DNA of 64,000 nucleotides from Verrucomicrobiia bacterium. GTDB taxonomy: Bacteria > Verrucomicrobiota > Verrucomicrobiia > JADLBR01. Shown here one piece after another: positions 56,545 through 64,000 of this stretch; positions within the stretch are counted from its first letter, which is position 1; every line of letters starts with the position of its first letter. The DNA is taken from the NCBI GenBank assembly GCA_026646655.1, contig JAPKHT010000009.1:10518-74517 (forward strand), given 5' to 3'. The notes beneath the pieces are model-generated. The model was not told the DNA's origin. It saw only the letters and a program-made list of their open reading frames with translations, and did not search any database. A program made the translations under genes and the position numbers.

Positions 56545-58821
56545 TCACCGCGCGTCGGCGGGGCGCAGCTCGACGAAGAGAGCCTCCGACGGCGCCAGGT
56601 CCGCGACGAACTCCCCGGGCAAGGTCGCGCGGCGCCAGAGGGGCACGAAGTCCTTTCCCGCCGCGGGGCGGAGGATCTCGGCGTCGTAGAATTTTTCGCG
56701 CGGGGCATTTCTGGCATCGAGGGTGACGCGGAGCGGCTGGCGGGTCTCTGCGACATTGACGAAGAGGTGGCCGATCGCGCCGGATGGGGAACGCCACGAG
56801 CTGGTGAGGATAGCCGGCGTCGGCAGCTTCTCGGTGACCCAGTTGTCGCCCCGCCGGACGCCGACGCCAATGTCCAGATCCGGCGCGGACAGCTCGAGGG
56901 GATGAAGCATCTCGCCCAGCATGAGGCAGTCACGGGCGCGCGATCGCAGGAGGCGGCAATGATTCCGGATGATGGCGATCTGATCGGGGTGGGCATCGTA
57001 CATGTTCTGGTGCGACGACCAGATCGAGCCGCCGGGCGTTCGTCCGGCGATCATGTTCATCGCGTGGCAGCGGACATTCCAGCGGCTGTTCTCCTTGCCC
57101 AGGGAGGCGCTGTCGCCGCCGTAGCCGACGGCGTACTCGTGATAGAGATAGGAGAACAGGGGGATGCCGACGGCTCCGGGATGGCCCCGGTACCATCGCT
57201 TCTCGTAATACTCGCGCACGTGGAAACCATCGAGGTGCGGGATCAGTTGCTCGTGCGGTTCCTCGTGCAGCAGGATGAAGTCGGGCGAGCGCCGTTTCCC
57301 GCGCTCGCGCATCGCGTCGAGCAGGTCCCAGAACGCGAGGCTCTGGTAGAGGCCCGGCCCCGGTGGGTGCCCATGGGCGGCGGCGGCGCACGCATCGGCG
57401 GCGCCGGACGTGGTCTGGTCCATCTGAAGGACATCGACACCCGCCTCGCCCGACCGGTCGACCAATTCGCAGAAGAACCGCCTCGTCTCCGGTGCCGAGG
57501 CGCAGAATTGATAGGAGTGGCGCCTCCAGTCGCCCGAGGGGTTCGATTCGTCCAGGACGTACTCCTTCGGCCCGCCGGTCTTCCCGTCGATGACATAGGA
57601 GGCCGCGTGCTGGGCCGCGGCAGGGATCTCCCCGCCATCGCGGCCCTCGTTGCGATACGTGTAATAGAGGCCCGACAGGAAGAAGAAGGGCCGGAAGCCC
57701 TCACGCTTCATGTCGCCGATGACGCGCCCCGCGTTCTCGGCATCAAAGATCGGGAAGTAGTCCCCGGCCGTCCAGCGGCGGTGATTCTCCCAGCCCGCCA
57801 GCATCGCGACCACGGGGCCCTCGATCTTGTCCCGGAACGTCCGGAGGTGGTCCAGGAGCCTTGGGTAATAGGAGCCGGTGCAGGTGCGCCGCGCGTCGTA
57901 GGTGCGGACCTCGCACACGTGGACATCCGGTCCCTCTTTCCACCACGGGGGGATGTCCGGGCGATCGGCCAGCCTTCGCGCGCACCACGGCTGTTTCAGC
58001 GCCCAACGCTTGTACTGGTCGGCGGTGTCGCACCACGTCCCGGAGGTGACGCCGAGGGCCACGGGATACGGGCTGCGCCAGACATCGCCGCCGGCACCCT
58101 GAGCATCGGAGGCCGGCACGACCTCGTGCCAGAGCCGGATCCCGCCAGGCTGCTTCATCACCACCATGGACTTCGGATGCGCCGAAGGATCCATCCCCGC
58201 GAGATAAAGGCCCGCCGCGCGATCCTGGTAGGCGAGGAACTGGGCCGCGAGCTCTCCCGGGTACCGCAGGTTGACGCTCTGGCCGTCCCTCCAATTCGCC
58301 GACGGGTTCTCGATGAGGCTGCCGGACATCGCCGGGAGGACGAGGACGTCATCGGCCCCATCGCCGATCGTCGGGACCGCGAGCACCTGGGGGCAGCGGA
58401 AGGCCGCGATGCGTCGACCGGAATCGTTCTCGATCCGCGCGGACCAGAGGGTCAGCGGCCCGTTCGTCTCGAGCGCCGCGGTGATCTCGACCGCGATCCC
58501 CGGAACCGGGAACTTTCCGCACCGGAGCGTGACGGCGCCGACCCCGCTGGTCGAAAAGCTCGACTCCCCCGCGCGGGCGCTCTCGATCGACTCCGTGCCG
58601 CCACCGTCTTTCTCGAGAGAGATCGAGAAAAGGCCCGCGCCCCTCGGTGCCGCGACGATCTCCCGACCGCTCGGCTTGTGGACGAGCCGCCCGATGGCGG
58701 GCGCCGGTGCGCCGAGTATCTCCACCCGCAGAACGTCATTCTCCAACACCGCCACGTCCGCCGCACGGGCCGGCAACATGATCGCCCAGGCCGCCAGCGG
58801 GACGAAGAATCGTGATCTCAT
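56545..58821 (-). CDS. secreted hypothetical protein, DUF6259-like (possible TIM-barrel glycoside hydrolase)
   Basis: Signal peptide ending PARA; YPGELAAQF, GDYFP, GVDVLQMDQ, C....HGHPPGPG, IPLFSYLYHEY. Family assigned from memory only. Confidence 0.65.
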   Translation of the reverse strand: MRSRFFVPLAAWAIMLPARAADVAVLENDVLRVEILGAPAPAIGRLVHKPSGREIVAAPRGAGLFSISLEKDGGGTESIESARAGESSFSTSGVGAVTLRCGKFPVPGIAVEITAALETNGPLTLWSARIENDSGRRIAAFRCPQVLAVPTIGDGADDVLVLPAMSGSLIENPSANWRDGQSVNLRYPGELAAQFLAYQDRAAGLYLAGMDPSAHPKSMVVMKQPGGIRLWHEVVPASDAQGAGGDVWRSPYPVALGVTSGTWCDTADQYKRWALKQPWCARRLADRPDIPPWWKEGPDVHVCEVRTYDARRTCTGSYYPRLLDHLRTFRDKIEGPVVAMLAGWENHRRWTAGDYFPIFDAENAGRVIGDMKREGFRPFFFLSGLYYTYRNEGRDGGEIPAAAQHAASYVIDGKTGGPKEYVLDESNPSGDWRRHSYQFCASAPETRRFFCELVDRSGEAGVDVLQMDQTTSGAADACAAAAHGHPPGPGLYQSLAFWDLLDAMRERGKRRSPDFILLHEEPHEQLIPHLDGFHVREYYEKRWYRGHPGAVGIPLFSYLYHEYAVGYGGDSASLGKENSRWNVRCHAMNMIAGRTPGGSIWSSHQNMYDAHPDQIAIIRNHCRLLRSRARDCLMLGEMLHPLELSAPDLDIGVGVRRGDNWVTEKLPTPAILTSSWRSPSGAIGHLFVNVAETRQPLRVTLDARNAPREKFYDAEILRPAAGKDFVPLWRRATLPGEFVADLAPSEALFVELRPADAR

Positions 58822-58900
58822 GCCCTTTTCTAGGGCGCGGATTCTGGCCAGCGCCACCCCAATCTATTGGCGACGTTCCCTTCGCGCGTGGGCGCGGCGA

Positions 58901-60244
58901 TCAAGGCGCGCCGCCGCCCGCGACTAGGTCATACTGCACGTTGACCGCGATGAAGAATGACGAGGTCCACAACCGGCGCCACTCGTAGCGGGGCAGAAGG
59001 GCCACGATCGATTCCCGATGCCGGGCCACGATCTCCGGATTGCCCGAAAGCGCGATGACCCATGCGGCGAAAAGGGGTTCGCGCACCACGTCGTCCTCCC
59101 AGGGGCCGCGCGGACTGCGGGCCGCCCACAGGGGAAGCTGGCTCCGGGCCAAGGCGATGGCCTCGTCGCAGGTCCGCTGCGGTTTCCACGCCCCGTTCAA
59201 GAAGCGCCAGTCCGGGTCGAACCGCAGCGCATTCGCGCGATCGTAGCGCCCGGCCCGGCCAAGGTGCGCGGACGCCCTGTCGGCGGAGGCGTCCAGGCCG
59301 CGCTGGAATGCCGCGCGCAGGGCCCCATCGGCCTCGAGTTCCACGAGGCCACGCAGCGCCGCCTGGCACATCGACGTCGTCCACACGTGGCTCTCGTCGG
59401 CGACCGGGGGACCAAAATCGAATCCCTCGGCACAGAGTTCCGCCCGCGTCCTGGCGGACTTGCCCACGGGCTCGAGGAGGAGGCGCCGGTACTCGCGCAA
59501 CCAATGCGCGTCCCCATCCAGCTCGTGCAGCGCGCGGAGGACCAGCAACAGCCGCGAGGCGTCGCGCCCGGTGGGGCGATGGAATCCGCCGCGATAGCCG
59601 AACCCCTCGCGATCGCACGGGATCTGCCAGCCGTGACCCTCGATCGCCCGCGCCACGGCGCCCATCCGGGCCACGATCGCCCGCCGTTCATCCTCACCCG
59701 CGATCCCGCTGCGCGCGTAGCGCCACAGCCCGTAAAACCACGGGAACGCCTGATCCTCGGAGCTCGCCGGATAATGGGCGCGACCGTCGGCCCCCAGGCC
59801 GCGCGCGATGAACCCGGGGGTCTGCCCGATTTCGGCCATCTTCATCAGGCCCGATGCGATGCGCCGCGCCTTGTCCGCCGCCTCGTCATCCCGACGGACC
59901 GCCCAGCGCCGGCACAGGCCATGCAGGTAGATGCCGCCGAAAAACGGGCCGTCCTCGATCGGGAGCGACCACGACATGCCGTTGGGCATGCACGCCCCGC
60001 ACTCCTCCGGGGTCGGCAGGATCACCTCACTATCCAGGCCGGCGTAGTGAAGCAGCGCGTCGATGCGGCGATCCACGAACCTCCGCCAGATCTCCGCATG
60101 CGCCGCCTCCGCCGCGAGCCCCGCGGCATCGTCCGCCCGCGCGAGCGGGGCCATGCCCGCGAGCGCCGCGCCCATGCGGAGAGCCGCCCGGCGCGAGATC
60201 GGCCGCGCCGCCTCGCCCGCGGTGCCCATCACTCCCCGGCTCAT
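58901..60244 (-). CDS. Tat-exported hypothetical protein
   Basis: SRRAAL twin-arginine signal ending ARA; PGFIARG...SSEDQ..PWFYGLWRY; helical. Start 60244 (ATGA overlap) or 60229. Confidence 0.75.
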   Translation of the reverse strand: MSRGVMGTAGEAARPISRRAALRMGAALAGMAPLARADDAAGLAAEAAHAEIWRRFVDRRIDALLHYAGLDSEVILPTPEECGACMPNGMSWSLPIEDGPFFGGIYLHGLCRRWAVRRDDEAADKARRIASGLMKMAEIGQTPGFIARGLGADGRAHYPASSEDQAFPWFYGLWRYARSGIAGEDERRAIVARMGAVARAIEGHGWQIPCDREGFGYRGGFHRPTGRDASRLLLVLRALHELDGDAHWLREYRRLLLEPVGKSARTRAELCAEGFDFGPPVADESHVWTTSMCQAALRGLVELEADGALRAAFQRGLDASADRASAHLGRAGRYDRANALRFDPDWRFLNGAWKPQRTCDEAIALARSQLPLWAARSPRGPWEDDVVREPLFAAWVIALSGNPEIVARHRESIVALLPRYEWRRLWTSSFFIAVNVQYDLVAGGGAP

Positions 60245-61056
60245 TCCCCGCCGTCGATCCGCAGTCGGAAGACGAAGGGGCTGTCGGCGCCGCCGAGGAC
60301 CACGGTGTTGTCCCCCGCCCGCAGGGGCGCGCTGAGCGATTCGCAGCGCAGGCCGATGGGGCGCCCGTTGACGAGGGTGCCGAGGGTGCTGCCGCGGTCG
60401 CGGACGTAGAAGCGGTCGCCCTCGCGGTCGATCGCGCAGTGGTTGCGCGAGACGCGATACGGCTCTTCGTCGCGCACGAAGAAATCATTCTGGACGAGGA
60501 CATCCGCGCCGCCCGACGACATCCGGCCGATCCGGAAGGGGAACTTGTCCACGCGCAGTTCCTGCGCCGAGGATCGCTCGCGGGCCGCGTCGGTCTCCGC
60601 CGAGAGGAGCACGCGCGTGCTGGGCAGGACCCGCACCGTGGCATCGGCGGGCGCCGGATCCACGTGCAGCCGCTCCGTCGTCATCTCGCCGGTGGCCGCG
60701 CGGCGGCGCATCTCCATGCGGAGCATGTTGTTGGTCGTCCTGAGCCGCTCGAAGAACGAGGCCAGGTAGGGCACCAGCCTCGCGGGATCCTTTAGGATCG
60801 CCCGGTTGAAATCCGCGGGCGTCATGACCTCGGCGTGGACATCCTCGGCGGCCGTGGCGGTGGCGGAGCGCGCCTTGTCCTCGATCATGGCCATCTCGCC
60901 GAAGATGTCCCCGTGGCCGAGCCGTGCCAAGAGGATGCGCTTGCCGCCCGTGCCGATGCTGATCTCGACCCTGCCCGAGAGGATCCGATAGGCCTCCCGG
61001 GAGTCATCGCCCTCGCGGAAGATCACCTGGCCGGCCGGATAGGTTTCGGTTCGCAT
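60241..61056 (-). CDS. cyclic-nucleotide-binding + FHA domain protein
   Basis: IFREGD...FGEMA....RSATA (cNMP-binding); IGR...VSRNHC...DRGSTLGTLVNG (FHA). Confidence 0.9.
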   Translation of the reverse strand: MRTETYPAGQVIFREGDDSREAYRILSGRVEISIGTGGKRILLARLGHGDIFGEMAMIEDKARSATATAAEDVHAEVMTPADFNRAILKDPARLVPYLASFFERLRTTNNMLRMEMRRRAATGEMTTERLHVDPAPADATVRVLPSTRVLLSAETDAARERSSAQELRVDKFPFRIGRMSSGGADVLVQNDFFVRDEEPYRVSRNHCAIDREGDRFYVRDRGSTLGTLVNGRPIGLRCESLSAPLRAGDNTVVLGGADSPFVFRLRIDGGE

Positions 61057-61087
61057 GGTCAGAGCATGCAGGGTTCTGGCGGGGATC

Positions 61088-62137
61088 TCAACCCGGCACC
61101 AGCGGCAACGGCACCGACCTGCCCGTGGCGATGCTCCGCGAGACCGCCTCCGTGAACTCCATGTATTGCACCCCGTCGCAGAACGTCGTCCGGCTGACGC
61201 GCTCCTGGCCGCGGATCGCCCGCACGAATTCCTCCTCGACCCGCCACCCGATGCTCTCCTCGGCCGGTATCTTCACCTCGCGCCAGTCCTTGCCGCCCTT
61301 TTTCGCGGCCATGAGCTTGCCATCGATGAAGCGGAGCGCGGCGTCGCTCCCGTACAGGGTGGCCGAGGGGGGTCCGGCAAAGGGCGTGACCGCCGACATC
61401 CTGAAATGCGCCTGCGCGCCGCAGGCCATGTCGGCCACGGCGTCCAGGTGCTCCGGGATCCGCACCGCGCGCATCAGCCCCGCCGCGTCGCGGCGCATCC
61501 TCACGAACGTCTTGCCCATCGCCGCCACGCGCGACGCGGGCCCCACCCAGCGCATGACCGCCTCGTACCAGATCCCGAGCTGGAGGACGTTGCAGCCGCT
61601 CAGCTCGTGATCCTGCCGCCAGATCAGCGGCGCCTCGCGGTCCAGGAAGCCGCCGCCGGCCTGCACGTCGACCACGAGCAACTCGCCCAAAAATCCCTCG
61701 GCGATCAGCCGCTGGATCGTGCGGTCGGCGTGCAGCGTGAAGGGCGACGGAACCACCTGCGCGACCAGGTCGGGGTTGTCCTGCGACGTCTCAAACATCG
61801 CGTGGGCCTCGGAGGCGTTCATCGCCATGCGCGCCTCGGTCAGGACATGCTTTCCGGCCGCAAGCGCCGCGATCGTCGCGGGGGCGTGCAGGTTGGGCCA
61901 GGTGCCAATGACCACCGCGTTGACGTCCTTGTCCTCGATCACCTCGTGCCAATCCACGTACACCTTCGGGAGCCCGAACTGCTGCGCAACCCGCTCGGAT
62001 GACTGGTGCGAGCGGTTGGCCACGCCCAGCACCTCGACCCCGTCCAGCTCCACGAGCTTCGGGATGTGCTTCTCGCGCGTGTTGGCGCCGGCCCCGATGA
62101 CGCCGATCCGTATATCGGGCTCCGTGTTGAGCTTCAT
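61088..62137 (-). CDS. Gfo/Idh/MocA family oxidoreductase
   Basis: IRIGVIGAG, DVNAVVIGTWPNLH, ALAAGKHVLTEARMA. Start ATG 62137. Confidence 0.9.
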   Translation of the reverse strand: MKLNTEPDIRIGVIGAGANTREKHIPKLVELDGVEVLGVANRSHQSSERVAQQFGLPKVYVDWHEVIEDKDVNAVVIGTWPNLHAPATIAALAAGKHVLTEARMAMNASEAHAMFETSQDNPDLVAQVVPSPFTLHADRTIQRLIAEGFLGELLVVDVQAGGGFLDREAPLIWRQDHELSGCNVLQLGIWYEAVMRWVGPASRVAAMGKTFVRMRRDAAGLMRAVRIPEHLDAVADMACGAQAHFRMSAVTPFAGPPSATLYGSDAALRFIDGKLMAAKKGGKDWREVKIPAEESIGWRVEEEFVRAIRGQERVSRTTFCDGVQYMEFTEAVSRSIATGRSVPLPLVPG

Positions 62138-62184
62138 GCGAGTTCGTGTGTAGCACGCCCGCGCGATTTGAGAAGACATGATGC

Positions 62185-62496
62185 CCGGCGCGTGTCCGGG
62201 GCAACACCGACGCAAAAAGTGTAGCCGATCGGCTCGGCCGCTTGGCGGCCAAACGCGCACGCGTTCGGCTACGGGATGCGCTGCGGCTATTTTCACGCCA
62301 GCCCTGCCAGTAGCACTGCGGGTGGACCGGGGCTGCCTGAAGGCAGCACTACGAACGCTCCCGCGTCTTTGGGCTCGTAGTGCCGCCTTCGCGCGGCATC
62401 CGCATAACCAGCTCGAACCCGTGCCCCGGACCCCCGGCTGCCGGCGTCGAAAATGCGGCCCTGCGCCTCGGGCGTTCGGCTACGGAAATTTTCGAG
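62185..62496 (-). repeat. composite REP/REPIN-like array (modules A+B+A)
   Basis: Minus strand: TAG|CTCGAAAATTTCCGTAGCCGAACG..., then the module B REP pair, then TGG|CGTGAAAATAGCCGCAGCGCATCCCGTAGCCGAACGCG...CGGCTACACTTTT. Confidence 0.9.
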
Positions 62497-63846
62497 CTAG
62501 AGTTCCACCCGGACCCCCGGCTCGGGGATCGTGATCCGCATGCCGGGCCGGCGCTCGGCCAGCGTGGCGCGGAACCACTCCAGCGCGGGCGGATCGCCGT
62601 GCACGAGCACCGCGTGGCGCGGATCGACCGACAGGATGTACTCGAGGATGTCCTCGCGGAACGCGTGCGCGGTCAGGTCGAAGTGATCGATCTCGCACCG
62701 GATGGGCTGGGGCCCGAGCCGCGCGTCGAGCTCGACCCGCGCGCCCTCGGCGTGGGCGACGCGGAGCCGACCGGCCGGCGACGACGGATCGCAGTAGCCG
62801 ATGAAAAAGATGGCGTGCCTCTCCTCGGCGAGGAGGCGCTGGGCGAGCAGGTTGGAGAGCGTGCGATCGATCATCATGCCGGAGGACAGCAGGTAGATCG
62901 CGCCGGGCTGGGGCCGGTGGGCGCCGAATTCGCGGCCGGTGAGAAGCCGCGGCCCGATGTGCTCGATCATGCGCAGCTTGGGCAGATCGCGCGGATATTC
63001 ATCGGCCAGCCCATCGTGCAGGGCGGTGAGGCGCCAGCTGAGCCCGCCGATGTAGATGGGACACTCCGGTATCTCGCCCCGCCGGATCATGGCGTGGATC
63101 GAGGAAATGGCCTCCTGCGTCTTGCCCAGCGCAAAGGCGGGCATGAGCACCGCCCCCTTGCGCGCGAAGACGGCGCGGATTCGCTCGGCCAGCCGCGCCA
63201 GCTCGGCCTTGCGCGAGAAACCCGGCGTCGCGGGCGTCGCCCCCCGCGTCGTCTCCACGATCAGCGCGTCGACGCGGTCGCGGGGAAAGGCAGCCTTGCG
63301 GGAGAGCGTCTGGTCGCGGAAGTTGACGTCCCCGGTATAGAACAGGCTCGAGCCGCCTCCCTCGATCAGGACGCCGGCACCTCCCAAGATGTGGCCCGAT
63401 GCAAAGAACTGGAAGCGCAGGTCGCCCAGCGGTCGCTCGCGCTCCAGGGGACACGACCGCCAGCGCTTGACGGACTGCGAGACCTCGCCGTGGCCGAAAA
63501 GCCGCACCCTGGCGTCCTTGCCCTCCTCCGCGCGCCGGTGCATCACGGTGGCCGCATTGTGCAGCAGGGGGTCGGCCAGCAACCCCGTCGGCTCGGTCAT
63601 CAGGACATGCGCGTCCGGCTGGCCCCGCATGAGCACCGGCAGCGAGCCGATGTGGTCCAAATGCGCGTGGCTGATCAGGAACGCGTCCACCCCCCCGGGC
63701 GGCAGCAGCGATGCGTCCGGCAGCGCCTCCGGGCCATCGAGACGCGGGTGCAGCCCGGCATCCAGGACGAAATTGATCCCGTCCCATTCGATGAGGTAGC
63801 TGTTGGCGCCGATCTCATTGGCGCGCGTCAGGTTTGTCAGTTGCAC
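62497..63846 (-). CDS. metallo-beta-lactamase/beta-CASP family nuclease
   Basis: EIGANSY, LDAG, SHAHLDHIG, SGHILG, YTGD, IVETT, PAFALGKTQE, TAHA, LVHGD. Confidence 0.92.
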   Translation of the reverse strand: MQLTNLTRANEIGANSYLIEWDGINFVLDAGLHPRLDGPEALPDASLLPPGGVDAFLISHAHLDHIGSLPVLMRGQPDAHVLMTEPTGLLADPLLHNAATVMHRRAEEGKDARVRLFGHGEVSQSVKRWRSCPLERERPLGDLRFQFFASGHILGGAGVLIEGGGSSLFYTGDVNFRDQTLSRKAAFPRDRVDALIVETTRGATPATPGFSRKAELARLAERIRAVFARKGAVLMPAFALGKTQEAISSIHAMIRRGEIPECPIYIGGLSWRLTALHDGLADEYPRDLPKLRMIEHIGPRLLTGREFGAHRPQPGAIYLLSSGMMIDRTLSNLLAQRLLAEERHAIFFIGYCDPSSPAGRLRVAHAEGARVELDARLGPQPIRCEIDHFDLTAHAFREDILEYILSVDPRHAVLVHGDPPALEWFRATLAERRPGMRITIPEPGVRVEL

Positions 63847-64000
63847 GTTGCCTTGCGCCCGGCCCGCGAGACCCCTCGGTCAGAACCCGATCGATCCCTG
63901 CCGGTCCCCCCGATTCTGCGCGAATGGCCCCAACCTTCAAGTCGGCTGCTCTAAAATCTGCCCCGGAGCCTCGCCACACCATCCCACGTCCACCGGCCCA

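Noticed and set aside
16261-62534. Recurring short peptide CLKAALRTFPRLWARSAAF in ORFs at 16261, 37092, 51821 and 62178
   Set aside because: It is a translation of the module-B DNA repeat, not a protein family.
63847-64000. Possible 3' end of a gene entering from the right edge
   Set aside because: Too short, with no recognisable motif.

Overview
A very GC-rich bacterial chromosomal window. The gene content (sulfatases, a large PQQ-type beta-propeller protein, an ECF sigma-FecR/LamG pair, DUF5069, and a secreted protein with a DxDGDG...EY..GT.P motif) suggests the PVC superphylum, probably Verrucomicrobiota; this is inferred. From left to right: a MoxR/DUF58/vWA (Bat-type) operon downstream of a PQQ-repeat protein, a sulfatase and a beta-helix enzyme; ptsP; secreted hypotheticals; an FAD oxidoreductase; a two-domain NDK; two divergent ATP-grasp-like genes; DUF5069; a complete kdpFABC-DE locus with two extra small membrane ORFs; an ECF sigma/anti-sigma/target module; a second sulfatase; a 9-heme secreted cytochrome c; a metallophosphoesterase; a STAS-PP2C-grpE-dnaJ-rsmE operon; a COG0523 GTPase; glcD/glcF; more secreted hypotheticals; a cNMP-FHA protein; a Gfo/Idh/MocA oxidoreductase; and a beta-CASP nuclease. 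No rRNA, tRNA, CRISPR array or transposase was seen. The most unusual non-coding signal is a modular family of GTAG-type REP/REPIN-like repeats at 8 loci; five copies begin on the base immediately after a stop codon. All product calls come from motif recognition by eye, not database searches.
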